Notes: generated from the sequence alone by a model not told the origin. A DNA stretch of 64,000 bases from Macrostomum hystrix (GCA_950097015.1 CATNEN010000007.1:248001-312000); one strand, 5' to 3'; numbered from the stretch's first letter, positions 1-13,075 are shown. Made by a program: numbers and translations.

Positions 1-806
1 CGGCCAGTTCATTAACCGGCAGGGTCGACCTGGCAGTGGAACAAGCGGCCCGGCCGGCACCAGGCTTTGATAGGGGCTGGGGCGGGCGTTTGACTATATA
101 ACTGACTATTGCGTTGTGAAGGCGTTGTATCTTTTTCGTTGTATCGTTGTCTTCCTTCTCTTTTCCGTGTTGCTACGCATAGTAATAGATACCGGGACAG
201 GTAAACCGGTCCAACCAGCTAGTCGAAAAAAACCCCACACTCAATCCAACGTCAGTAAGTAGCTTGCGCTGAGCTCGGCACGTCTGGCCAACTGCTGACG
301 GAGTGTTAGACAGGGATTGGCAAGCATGGAAGTACTCTCCATATCGCCGACAATCATCGGTGGGACGTCGTCGAATTGACATTTGGTGTGGCACGATAGA
401 ACTATCGTTGTGCCATAGTGCGGAAGTGCTTGCTGGTCGCCTCGGTTTCAGACTAGGGACTTTGGGTTCTAACTAGGGACTATAACGAGGCCCACGGGTT
501 CGTGTTATTGGGCCTCGTTATTTATCTTGTTTTATAGGGACTATCTGGTTTCTTGTCTAGGAGTTATTTGTGTAAATTGTCGCGTTATTTTCGTGAGTTC
601 TTGTTATTGTCCAGAGCATTATCGAGTAGAGTTCGCGTGTTGTTCTTGTGTTGTGGATATCGAGATTTTGTTAAGTAAATTACCAGTGCGAATTACGAAT
701 TGAATATTAAATTGAATTAAGTACAGTACCTGGCAGGGAATGTAAAGAGCGCTGCCAGGGGAATTAATCATTCATGGCATGGCCTTCTCTTATTAACGAA
801 TTAACA
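1..806 (+). mobile_element. Possible LTR-like fragment (5' end outside window)
   Basis: Non-coding block richer in GC than its flanks, with TATA-like ctatataa near 95, T-rich tracts and an end of ...attaacgaattaaca (LTRs end in CA). No second copy, PBS or PPT seen. Confidence 0.25.
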
Positions 807-1269
807 CTTAAATATCAGCTTGGACTTTTGAATCGCCTTGTCTTCGTTAGTTTCGAGTTACGGCATATAATCTCTCGCAAAGAGTAGGACACCCGACCTC
901 ATTTAGGAATCTCAACGCAAAGAGAGACCTAAGTCAAAATATCACTCAGGGGCCATATGGCCCGCGGGCTGAAAAAAGTTGCCGATCCCTTCTTTTATGA
1001 ACTTTTTAAGTAAATGTAATGCATACGATACGATCCGTATAGTTTAATAATTCGGTGCATTATGACGATTTGGGGAATATAATTTCGGGATTTGCAGTCG
1101 TCTTGATTTGCATCATGCCGACTGCAAATCCTTATGTATACTAATAATTTGTTTACACTCAACTTGTTAAGTTATTATGCTTCGAATGCTTGTTTGGTAT
1201 TTTCTAATTAAATAACAACTATTAACTGCTAACAGTAATAAAAGTGTAGATTTGTAATAACAAAGCACA

Positions 1270-1626
1270 GGGTGTCGTCGGTGGCAGAGCAGTTATCGCG
1301 TTTGCCTCTCGCACCACGGTCATTAAGTTCGGTTCCATGGCAAGGCCACATTTATTTGGGGCGCAGCCGCGGAGATAAGGCTTGAGGGCTTGTCGTGCAA
1401 TTTACGCCCTTGAGGGCAAACCTCGACCACGGCACAATGAAATGTACATTGCCTGACGATGAGAAAGTCAGGGCAGATGTACACACCTGTGTGAGCGTCT
1501 GCCTGCGTACTGTGTGCGTGTGTGCTCAGGAGTCAGTGTCACTACGAGTGTCACTACTGTCAGCTCGTAAATGATGTGCCACCACTGCCCGCAGCACTCC
1601 AGCAATAATTTATTATTTTTATTTTT
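1270..1626 (+). mobile_element. tRNA-derived SINE, copy 1
   Basis: Head has an A-box-like gtggcagagcagtt and B-box-like gttcggttcc; body has cctgacgatgagaaagtcagg; AT-rich tail. 13-bp TSD ataacaaagcaca at 1257-1269 and 1627-1639. Confidence 0.85.
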
Positions 1627-2556
1627 ATAACAAAGCACAACAGTCAATTGTCGCCACAGTCAGTTGTCGTGCAGGCAGATGTCGCGCAGTAAACTGTGCG
1701 AAGGCAATTGTTGTAGAACCCCCTCTGATTCCCCTCGATGTCCTGTGTCAAAAGATTAATCGTTACGATGTCGTTAATCTCACGTGTAAAGATGGCTACT
1801 GTCAACATTTAAAATGATTTTTCGCTGCAATCAGATTGCAACGAAACATATGATTTCGGTCCAGCTTTATATAAAGCAAAGCTAGGGGCCTAAAGCCAAG
1901 AAGTAGGCTAGGTAAAGTAAGCTAGCTAAATTATTAACACAGTTGATTTGTTAATGTAAAATCATGGAAGTAGGGTGTAGTATTTTACTTTCTTTGCCGA
2001 TTTTTAGTTTTTTCCTGTTATCATCAATAGGGCCTACTAATACATAAAGAGTTCCCCATTTCCTAGGCCTACCCAGAACCAATGGGGCATAGGCCTAAGC
2101 ACTATTAAAAGCAGATGCTAAACATAATAATACTTCAGAGTAGGCCTATGTTTACTAAGAGGAGGGGTGCCAAAAATTGCATTGCAGTTCCTATTTTAAG
2201 CTGCCAAATAGGATATATCCCTTTACCCTTTGTAGAGGATCCTAGTCACTTTGTCAAATGCCATTTTGTCAAGTCTCTGACAAAGTGACCAGAATTAAGG
2301 GGTGCCCAAATTAGTATTCGACAAAGTGACCAGAATGGCTGAGGAATTTCCAATGCAACTTTTAATTATCAAGAAGTTTTTTGGAACTTTAATTTTTTCT
2401 TTGTGATCTTTGTGATCTCTTTTTAGCCATAATACTACTAGTTAGTAAAACTAGCAGTAACTCTACCATTGTCTGGTCTCAAGCCCAGAATGAGAAAGGA
2501 GGAGGGCTGCAGCACATGACAGACAATATAGCATAGAGTTAAACGTATTTAGAATC

Positions 2557-3290
2557 GGTACCTGGACACGTCGTCATCTTACAACTTCGTCATCCAGATG
2601 ATAATGTGTCCAATATCTCAGAGGGTGGATGACGAAGAGACTTAGACTTGTGGACACTTCATCATCTATAAAACAAAAGTTTTCAAAGTTACAACAGAAC
2701 CACCCCTCCCCACCTCCTCACATTGTGTTGGCACCTAGGCCTATCTTTCAACTCTTATAATGAAATCAGTTTTGACACCTCTTTTTGACAATTTAGAGTG
2801 TGAATTGTGTTCACACCTCTGCGCCACCACCCCACCATACATGTGCAACCTCCCAAATCTTAGCCGGCCGTGCGACTTAGTTTTTGCTTTATTTACAACT
2901 TAGTTTGCTCTCATTTGCAACTTAGTTCGTTTCATTGCTCTATTTACTTAGTTTGCTCTCATTTGCTCTCTTTTTCTCTCCCCTTTTTCCTTTTCTTCAC
3001 GCCTTCCTTTTTTGTCCCTTGGTCCCCCCTTTGATTTTTTTGCACTTGGTTGATTGGTTTTTGCGATTTACCTTGTTTCGACCTCGTTTCACCTGGCTGG
3101 TTCGGCCAGGTTGGCTGGGTGTTGCGCATGTATGCACCCACCCTCACTTTATTGATGATGAATTTGATTGCTTGTTATTAGTAGATGATGAACTGACCAA
3201 ACTTTAAAGCATGCCAATTGGCTGGATGACGAAGTGTCCTACCTTCCAAGTGGATGACGAAGTTGTAAGATGACAAAGTGTCTAGGATCC
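2557..3290. mobile_element. Non-autonomous DNA transposon with ~40-bp TIRs
   Basis: Left end ggtacctggacacgtcgtcatcttacaacttcgtcatcca nearly matches the reverse complement of the right end. 8-bp TSD ttagaatc at 2549-2556 and 3291-3298. Confidence 0.8.
2836..3134. mobile_element. hAT-type MITE (CATACATG TIR family), nested copy
   Basis: TIRs catacatgtgcaac / gttgcgcatgtatg. The body is the reverse complement of 8817-9066. Flanks caccccac / cacccacc form an imperfect 8-bp TSD. Confidence 0.75.
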
Positions 3291-4242
3291 TTAGAATCAA
3301 TCTGTTATGTGGGCATTGTAAATGTGATCACTTTGATAATCAATTAAACAAAAGCATATATATGTAACTCTTTTATGCCTATACATTTTGGCTCTTGACT
3401 ACAAAACCACAGCCTTTGACCTATCAGGGCACCCATTAATAGAGCTCAGTTTGTCATTCAATAATACTAGGGGTTGAATAAAATTTAAACCAGAGGACCA
3501 TGTCCATACCTTTGCATTTTTGCTTTTCAGATTTTTTGCAATTCAAGTGAAATATAATTTTTTAAGCTGTCAACATGAGAATGTTCTTCAGTTTTATCTA
3601 TAAAAGGTAAGTAATTATATATTAACTTTTTAAAGTTCTTATTTGACAAGTAACAAGTTTTAAACATTTTGTGATGACTTAGTAAAAGGTCTGAGTTTGG
3701 CACTAGACACAGTGGCACAGTGTGCAAACAATATGCTAAGTCTTTAATAATGAAACATCTGTCTGATAGTTTCTAGAAGCCAGAATGTTTCTTTCTCTGA
3801 AATTTAATTTAAGCATTTATTTCAGAGACAAGGTGTGGCTATAACATATTTTTACCAAAGTATTTAACATTGAGTTGTGAAGAGAACATAAGCATATAAG
3901 TCCACTTTGCTTGTGTCCATACAAGCAGCTCAAACAGTATATAATATAGCCCATTTCCTAGCATACATTTTGTGTGCATGTGTTGCTGCTGTCAATGTGT
4001 CAAATGCATCTGACGTGAAAGCAAATCTGATTAAACTAGATTAGATAGCAACTGATAACGTGCTTTTCTTTTTAATGTATTTTTAAAACTTATTTTAGTA
4101 TTAATTCAACTATTATAGATTCTGGACTTTTGTATTGTCGTCATCCATTCATCATTGGCTAGAGGTGATTTGTGAGTAAACTTTCTAATTTTTCATGATA
4201 ATAGATGTTACTGATAATACCTGGCTCTTGATCAATCAACCA

Positions 4243-4684
4243 ATAACACCTGCCTTTCTTAATCAGTCCTCTGATAACACCTGCCTTTCTTAATCAGTCC
4301 TCAGATAACACCTGCATTTCTTAATCAGTCCTCAGATAACACATGCATTTCTTAATCAGTCCTCAGATAACACCTGCCTTTCTTAATCAGTCCTCAGATA
4401 ACACCTGCATTTCTTAATCAGTCCTCAGATAACACATGCATTTCTTAATCAGTCCTCAGATAACACCTGCCTTTCTTAATCAGTCATCAGATAACACCTA
4501 CCTTTCATCAGTCCACTGGTAACACCTGCCTCTCATCAGTCCACAGTTAACACTTGCCTTTTATCAGTTACAGATAACACCTGCCTGTCATCAGTCCGCA
4601 GTTAACACTTGCCTTTTATCAGTCACAGATAACACTTGCCTTTTATCAGTCACAGATAACACCTGCCTGTCATCAGTCACAGAT
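4243..4684. repeat. 31-bp minisatellite, degenerating 3'
   Basis: Unit ataacacctgc(c/a)tttcttaatcagtcctcag, about 8 clean copies followed by shorter variants. Confidence 0.9.
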
Positions 4685-5935
4685 ATCAAAAGTGAAATAG
4701 CTTTGCATGCAGAACGACTGTGTTTTCTTGTTTGTACAGAAAAATGAACAATTAAATTAATGGGAGCTATGTATCTGGAATCCAGGATTTCTGCCACCAA
4801 GTTTTCTGTTACTAGTTAAATTATATTAATAGGTACACGAGCATCTCTTCAGTGCCTCAAAGTTAGTGCTTTGCGCATATTTTGAGCTGTTTTTTATAGC
4901 GAATATCTCATGGGCGGGCCATTTTTATGTGCAAAAGTATGAGTTCTTGGGCTTCACTCACTGCAAGCTGAATTTGACGTAGTCTAGAATTATCTCGTCA
5001 TATTTTCATCACTCCTATTCCTATTGTTCGCTCCACTCCGCCCACTCGTTTGCAGAGTTGGCGGAATCGAAATGCGAAATGTGCATTTGGCTCAAATCCT
5101 CGTCGTTTGGCTGAATCGCGGCGAGACGGACCCGATGCAATGCCAAAATCCTGGAGATGGCAGTGCCTATATAGCACGCAAAGAAGCATGTAGATCGCCC
5201 ATAAGAGACCCAAGAACACCCGGCTTTGATGCTTAGGTCTATAAAGCTTAGCCGTTTATAGCTAGCGATTGAATACAATGAAGACGCTAATATCTTCAAG
5301 ATTCACACCTCTGCTGCTGCTGCTGATGTACGCGGTTTGCTGTCAGACTCGCTCGATACCAGACTTTGAGCAGCTCTACGATTCTGACTTCGGCTCGGAT
5401 GCTCAAATGTCCGACTCGGAACGCGTAGATCAAGCCGACGCTGAAGAGGTAGGAGCTCGCAAACGCACTACTAAAAGTAATGCGCTAATATTATATCCAC
5501 TACCTATCAAACACAACAGGCTATTGCAGCCCTAGCGGCCCAACGGAAGTGGTTCGTAGACCGGAAACTTTTACTAACCGGTGACTCCAAAACTAAGTCT
5601 AGGCGTTGACGCTAAATGGACGAGTTCAAGAATTTTTATTCACTGCTCAATGTTCGATATTTGCGCGTTGAAGTGAACTGTTTTTCTAGTGTACTTTGTG
5701 GGCCTAAACCAGAATGAATTTACTGAAATTATTTTTTAATAGAAGCAGATACTTTAATAAAATTAACTATTTACGCACAAAATGATTACGAGATAAATTA
5801 ACGAGCACTGCTTAGAAAATCGTATCTATATTGGAAGGTTAAGCTGCGTAGTGCAAGCAACGTTTTGCAACTTGAAATTTAAATCGCCGCTTGGTATCGT
5901 GTTTTTCTGTTTGTAAATTTTGTCAAAGTACTTAA

Positions 5936-6658
5936 TATAGGTTTTTCCGGTCAAGTAGCAGACTAGCCTACTCAAGTGCAAATAACGCAGTTCAAATGCG
6001 ACATATTCAAGTCAAGTGGCAACAAGCCAAATCAAGTTGCAAATTGTCTATTCAGAGTTACCAAAAGAGCAAGTCAAGTGCAACATAGTCAATTCAAGAA
6101 GCAACTCATTCGTTTCTATGTGCATTTCTCTTCTGCCCTCTTCTCTTCTCATTTCTCTTCTCTACTGTAACGAACAGAAGGGTGCGAATCGGTCACCATC
6201 ACATCAAAATATCGTCACCACGGATGCAAGCCGGCATGTAGCGCTGGACGCGCTGAAACCAACGTGGTGCCATTTGAGGCTGAATCGCAGCAGTGGCCAC
6301 CTCGGCGAAACCTGCCAGCTGCGCCATTCGCTCTGGATGAGGCATCTGCAGCACTTGTCCGCTTTATGCCCAGCTGCCCTGCCAAGTGCAAGTAGTCTTC
6401 TCCTCGCTCAAATGATTCTATCAGTCGCTGCTTGTCCCCAGCGGATATTCTGGCTCGTGCTGCAGCCATTTGATGTTGAGTTGGCTTTGTCGCACTTGGT
6501 TTGGCCTTTTCTCTCTGTCGTCGTCATTGCGCAACAGTGGGGTATATAGAGAAGCGCTCTGATTTGCTATTTTGGCATATAATCTGACTTTCGTGCACTT
6601 GAGATGACTATGTGGCACTTGAGTAGGCTAGTCTGCTACTTGACCGGAAAAACCTATA
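5936..6658 (-). mobile_element. Tc1/IS630-like deletion derivative with transposase HTH remnant
   Basis: 44-bp perfect inverted repeat tataggtttttccggtcaagtagcagactagcctactcaagtgc including the flanking TA. Internal minus ORF 6215-6469 RISAGDKQRLIESFERGEDYLHLAGQLGIKRTS...RRGG resembles the N-terminal HTH of Tc1-like transposases. No DDE domain. Confidence 0.75.
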
Positions 6659-8816
6659 AAATTCGCTTTTACTTTCTACTTAGATTAAAAAACGAAGGTT
6701 TTTTCAACAATAAACTGGAAGACATAAAAATATGCAGATAAATCCTAACTTTAATTGTATACTATAATATGTTGTGGCATTTGTTTGTCAAATTTACCTG
6801 TCCCACTGTTGGCTTCCACCTCCTTGGTAACCGGCTATATATGTTAGATGGATCTGTCGTCTGGAAACAATCGTATAGAGTCTGGCTCCTCTAATTAATT
6901 ATATTTTACTGACTTGCTTCAGTCAGAGTTGCTCTGCAGTTTCTGTATTTGGTAGCAACAGCCACTACGCGCTTTACACAGATCGCAAAGCTATTGTGCG
7001 CAAACGACCGTTATAAATTTGGTGGGGCAGGTCAGAGGATTGGCTATTAAGTAATAGGACTACAAAAGTAGAAGGCAACACGATTGAAATCTAGAAAGCA
7101 CTTTTCTAAATTATTTTACTTTTGAACAATGCACCTAGAAAACTATTGTGCGCACTGTGCTTCCAAGGCTTCAAGGTAGGACTGGGTATTGGCCGGCTGG
7201 GCATATTAAATGTAGTTAAATAAATAAATCGTTACAAGTTACAACTATGTTCAATAATATGTTCAATAAAATGTAAAATGTTCATTAATTCAATAAAACT
7301 GCATACGATATACACTACAAAAATACAATCTGTATTCAACCATTTTAAGTAATGTATGTAGTAAAATTCAGGAGATTTGGATTCGATTTTTTTTCGGAAG
7401 ACAGCCCATTAGCATTTTTCTTTCTTTTAAACACGATCGTTGCGTCTGCATGCGTACTGTACTCGTCCTATATAATTTGTTGTAATGCCTACATTTGTAT
7501 GCATTATATCATATTATGTCCAAGTGAATCGTTGCGTGTGATAGGCAAAATTAGACTTTAGTCTGAATAAACAGTCATTAACAAAATTTCGGTTGTATTA
7601 GCGTCATAGCTCATTATCTATTCCTTTCAAAGATAAAAAAGAAGGACAAGGTGTTAGAAGTAAAATTGAACTGATTACGCTTTTTTTATTCATCATATTC
7701 ATGTAATTCATGTAATGTTTTTTATCTAGGTGGTCGCCAAAGTATTGAAAGGTGAAATGGCAGGCCGCGATTTGAACGATAATCAACTAGAGTGCTGAAT
7801 CAGCGCACGAACTCTTACGACTCGTTCTGTTCGATTTATTATATATAAAAGTATTCTTCATTATAACAAACAGTATCAATAAAGGTACACATATTGGTAA
7901 ACAAAAAAAAATAATTGCATAGTGAATGCACAGTAATATGCATATAATCTGAATACATGTAACAGCCAAAAAAACAAATACAACTAAAATACAAAAGTGC
8001 TCATATATTTGAAATAGATAGGCAAATACATTATATTGATTTCTATACGGTGCGAGCATGCCGCCTCCTTTTCACTATTATTTCCTTTTAGCTGTCTAGA
8101 AAGAAAGAGGTGATATCTAATATAAGCATTTTGTCTATCTTGAAACCTACCGACAAACAATCCTACACAATAAACCTAAGATCTAGTAAAAACTGCATGG
8201 CATAATTTTTATCTGAAATGAGCAAAGTCTGACTTTTAAATCAACTTTTATATCATGTTGATGCCTATGTGCTTGTAGTTTTAGTCTCAAAGTATCGAAA
8301 ATCAAATTATTACAAAAATAAAAGCATTTCTAAGTCTTGAAACTAAGTCCAAATTCTAAGACTCTAGGTTCACCTGGAAAGAATTATTTTGCTAATGAAA
8401 CTAAAAAGATAAATATAAAAATGCTGCTTGTGCTGTTAAATTACAAGATATGTAGCTAATCAAAATACACATTTTTAGGACAATGCCTAGGCAGTATATC
8501 ACAATTATTATAATTCATTATTATAGGAAAATGTATTTAGATCATTGACCTTTTCTGTCCCAGTTATCAAATTCAGTTAGGCCAATTTTTTGAAATGTTT
8601 TTGTGTTTATTATAAGTTGTATTCTATTTGTAGCTTATTTGTGTATATGTATATTAATATTTGCTTTTAGGACAAGTATAAGATAGGATTTCAACCAATA
8701 GTTTATTTTTGTTGCTTTAGTGTGTAGTTACTTTTTAGTATTTATACTTTTTATAGTTAGCAGTTTATTTATAGTTTTTTGTAGATTTTGTCTAGACTAG
8801 GATTATTGCTAGTATA

Positions 8817-9066
8817 CATACATGCATAACACCCGGCCGACCCGGCTGAACCGGCCGGGTGAAACGAGGGCCAAGCAAGGTAAGTTGCAAAAACCAATCA
8901 ACCAAGCGCAAAAAAATCAAAGGGGGACCAAGGGACAAAAAATGAAGGCGTGAAGAAAAAGAAAGAAGGGAGAGAAAAAGAGAGCAAATGAGAGCAAACT
9001 AAGTTGTAATTAGAGCAAAAACTAAGTCGCACGGCCGGCTATGATTTGGGAGGTTACGCATGTATG
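8817..9066. mobile_element. hAT-type MITE (CATACATG TIR family)
   Basis: 14-bp TIR catacatgc(a/g)taac and a perfect 8-bp TSD ctagtata at 8809-8816 and 9067-9074. Confidence 0.85.
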
Positions 9067-9639
9067 CTAGTATATTTTAGTCAGCCCTTCTATATAAAAT
9101 CTAGAACATTTGTTCTGGCTCCTTTCTTAAATGGGACTGATAAACTTTGGCTATGACATATCACATATGGCATGAGCCTGTCTAAGTACTCCATTGTTTG
9201 TAGTAGGTGAGCAGTGTCATAGTGTCTTTGCCATACTTCTGTGTGATTGTGGCCAGAAGGTCAGGTGGAACAGTGAGGACTTCTTTTTCTTGCAGTTGAT
9301 CTGCAGCCCAATGCTAGAGGCTGCAGAAATAAATGACTATAGTGCTTTAAAGCACTTATCTCTAGCATACAATTCAATCTACCAATACCCTGCATTTTGT
9401 CATAGTAAAAGCAGTTTATTCAAAAACAGGAATTGGGTTATAATCTATGAGCTAAAATATACCTTAGTTAAATAAATCAAAAGCTAATTTGTTTTGTTAT
9501 TTTGATTTTAACTTATGCGAATTTCAGATCTAGTATTATAATTCCTGGTTAAAGAGTAAAAAAAATTGAATGTTTCACTAACAATAGCGAGAATTGCTAT
9601 TCAGACTCCCAACAGTAAGTATCATCGAATCAACAAATA

Positions 9640-10858
9640 ATGAGCGAAGAATTAACAGGTATCATTGTGGCGACAGTGATTGATGGCGCATTCTGGCTAC
9701 TATTTCGCAGTTTGAGTCACAGCAGTCATGCAGAGTTGTCTCGCCTAGAACAATGCCAAGTTGTGCCAGAGGGTCAGCCAGTGGCTAGTCTAGTGCCAGC
9801 CGCAGCTGGATTGGTCAAGGAACTACCGAATCTGGTGGCATTCAGCGGTACACTGACGCCGCAGTCAGCTGAAGATGTGACTTCCAGAGATGGCCTGCGT
9901 TGCATTGCTTTCAGCGAGAAGCACGTTCAGGTGCGAAGCTGTGGCTTATATTTTTAGTAAACTGGTCAGTCATGTTCGATCTTACTAAGTCTTTCTAGGC
10001 AAAAGATAAAAGACTGCCTGTTTTTGCCACAAAATTTTTGCATCTAGGAGAGTCGCGATGGCACGGTTCGTCGCCTACTTTACTCCGAGAGTCGGGTGCC
10101 TCGCATGGTGGCTGTTCGAATGATAAACGCAACTAATTCTAGCTGGAATTTTCTGGCACCTAGCACCGCCACATCGGAAACTATTCATCTCAGGTATGCA
10201 ACTTTTAAACGATTTTTTCTTGCGTTTAAATATTATTTGGATTCTTTCCTATGGTTCCTTCACAAATTTGTCGGTTAGTCCTTTTTCTTCCGTTTGCATA
10301 CTTTTTTGCATAAAATTTCCGGGTTTCACCAAGTTTTCGTGACTTAAACGTGGGCTTTCCGGAATGGATGCATTTTTTAAGTTTATGTTTTAAATTTTAA
10401 GTTTTTTCTGGTCTTAGAAATACTTCTCTAATTGTTCTATTTTTTGGGTTTTTCATTTTACCTTCATATCTTCTGTAAAAATTATTCTCGGCACTTACTA
10501 AAAGTCTATTTTCCTAGGACATGTGACCTGCACGTGACCAGCAGTCTAATTGAATGATTTCATTCCGCTACCACAGAGAAGCTCAATCTGCCAACGGCTT
10601 CAGCAATCTTTTTCAACGCCGCCGCGACCACCGCGTCCCACTAGCCGACAGCCTCTCCGGCGACTATTTCCACATAACCGAGAGTATCATACCTGCCGGC
10701 TTGACGCTCAACTTCATGGGCGCCCTGTCCTACGATCCGCTGTCCAGGCAGCTCAATCTTCGACTGCTGGAGGTTGGCTTCACAGACATGGCCGAACTCA
10801 TCGATTCCGTTAAGAGCAGCTTCTCCGTTTATAGGTTTGTGGGCTTTGCACTTTTGCC

Positions 10859-10899
<41 letters not shown>

Positions 10900-11078
10900 G
10901 GCTGTCTGTCTGTCTGGCTGTCTGTCTGTCTGTCTGGCTGTCTGTCTGTCTGTCTGGTTGTCTGTCTGTCTGGCTGTCTGGTTGTCTGTCTGTCTGGCTG
11001 TCTGTCTGGCTGTCTGGTTGTCTGTCTGTCTGGCTGTCTGTCTGGTTGTCTGTCTGGCTGTCTGTCTGTCTGTCTGGC

Positions 11079-11127
<49 letters not shown>

Positions 11128-11254
11128 GGCTGTCTGTCTGTCTGGCTTTCTGTCCGTCTGTCTGGTTGTCTGTCTGTCTGGCTGTCTGTCTGGTTGTCTG
11201 TCTGTCTGGTTGTCTGTCTGTCTGTCTGTCTGTCTGGCTGTCTGTCTGGCTGGC

Positions 11255-11302
<48 letters not shown>

Positions 11303-11604
11303 ACATATCTCATATGCCGCCCACGCCGCCATTCGCCAGATTCCTCAGCAGGGCTTGCCTAGTGACAACATTGGGCCTGCTGGCTCTGGCTGTTCGTCGG
11401 GGCATCCTGATCTACATCGAGCGCAAGAGCCAGACACCGCCGCCGCCGCCGCCTCCTTCTTTCACTGGAGATGCTCCACAGGCTCAGCAGCCACAACAGC
11501 CGCCTCCGTACAATCTATCCACCCCTTTTCATGTCTATTCAGGACCCGTTCAGCAGCAGCAGCCGACGCAACCACCGCCTCCTTATGGTCACGGCAACCC
11601 TTAA
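9640..11604 (+). CDS. MUL1/MAPL-like GIDE-domain two-TM protein lacking RING, with PPxY tail (315 aa)
   Basis: Exons 9640-9930, 10048-10193, 10577-10834, 11352-11604, all GT-AG, phases 0/2/2 consistent, 948 nt. N-terminal TM GIIVATVIDGAFWLLF; GIDE-like LSGDYFHITESIIPAGLTLNFMGALSYD; second TM ACLVTTLGLLALAVRRGILIYI; tail with PPPYN and PPPPYG. Confidence 0.7.
10857..11301. repeat. (CTGT)n-derived microsatellite in intron 3 of the GIDE gene
   Basis: Runs of ctgt with ctgg and ggtt variants; source of the CLSV and RQTD ORFs. Confidence 0.95.
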
Positions 11605-11820
11605 CACCCTTTGTAGCCCCTGACAGCTTAGTTCTCCGTTTCCATATAATGGCTGCCCATTTGACTTGTAAATATATCGTTTGACTCCAAACATCAACAC
11701 ATCACTGAATCTTTATTGCGATTAGTTTTTACAGTTTATATTCAGACTCATTGGTAGCTGCTTGGCACTCAAATGTATATTTTTGGAACTCGGGGTAACT
11801 AGCCGGAACTCGGAGTAACT

Positions 11821-12600
11821 GATTGGGACCCAGGGTAGCAGATTGGGACTCAGGGTAGCAGATTGGGACTCAGGGTTACTGGTTGGGACTCAGGGTAGCT
11901 GATTGGGACACAGGGTAGCTGATTGGGACTCAGGGTAGCTGATTGGGACTCAGGGTAGCTGATTGGGACTCAGGGTAGCTGATTGGGACTCAGGGTAGCT
12001 GGTTGGGACTCAGGGTAGCTGATTGGGACTCAGGGTAGCTGGTTGGGACACAGGGTAGCTGATTGGGACTCAGGGTAGCTGATTGGGACACAGGGTAGCT
12101 GATTGGGACTCAGGGTAGCTGATTGGGACTCAGGGTTACTGGTTGGGACTCAGGGTAGCTGGTTGGGACACAGGGTAGCTGATTGGGACTCAGGGTAGCT
12201 GATTGGGACTCAGGGTAGCTGATTGGGACTCAGGGTAGCTGATTGGGACTCAGGGTTACTGGTTGGGACTCAGGGTTACTGGTTGCGACTCAGGGTAGCA
12301 GATTGGGACTCAGGGTAGCTGATTGGGACTCAGGGTAGCTGATTGGGACACAGGGTAGCTGATTGGGACTCAGGGTAGCTGATTGGGACTCAGGGTTACT
12401 GGTTGGGACTCAGGGTTACTGGTTGCGACTCAGGGTAGCAGATTGGGACTCAGGGTAGCTGATTGGGACTCAGGGTAGCTGATTGGGACTCAGGGTAGCT
12501 GATTGGGACTCAGGGTTACTGGTTGGGACACAGGGTAGCTGATTGGGACTCAGGGTAGCTGATTGGGACTCAGGGTAGCTGGTTGGGACTCAGGGTAGCT
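11821..12600. repeat. 20-bp minisatellite
   Basis: Unit gattgggactcagggtagct, about 39 copies with recurring variants. Confidence 0.95.
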
Positions 12601-13075
12601 TTATATTCTGTCGGGGTTTTGAAATGCTTAAAATAGAAAGCTTTATAGAAGTTTATATTTTAGCCCAAGCGTTCATCTATCTCTGAGATTAGTTAGGACC
12701 AGTTTCTTAATTGCTGCGTGTCTTTTTTTGGTACCTAGGGCTAATTTGTTTTTTTTTACTTCATGCCACTTATTCAGATATTGCCAGCTTTACCTTGTCT
12801 AGCTCTCAGCTGTGTTTGAACTGAATTCTATTAATGAGAATTATATAAAATAGGCAATTTAATTTCTAGTTCATCATTTCTAAATATATAGAGCATCGGG
12901 TGGTGCTTTTTAGTGCTAGTCGGCTCGATGAAAATGCTTATTTTTATTTCTTTTTAATTAACTTAAGTTAATTATTAGAAGATAATTGACGAGGCCTGTA
13001 AGAGCCCTGAGCTCGAATCCAGATTTATTTAGGCGCAGCCGAGGAGAGAAGGCCTGACATTTAATGCCTGACATG

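Noticed and set aside
1270-1350. Functional tRNA gene
   Set aside because: A and B boxes are present, but there is no intact cloverleaf or acceptor stem and no T-run terminator; it continues into a repeated body with TSDs, so it is a SINE head.
1449-1485. Hammerhead ribozyme suggested by CTGACGA...GAAA in the SINE body
   Set aside because: The core bases pair within a simple hairpin (cctgac/gtcagg), there is no stem II between CUGANGA and GAAA, and copy 2 mutates the core.
10774-11362. CLSV and RQTD repeat ORFs
   Set aside because: Read-through of the intronic (CTGT)n tract; the true exons flank it with phase-matched splice sites.
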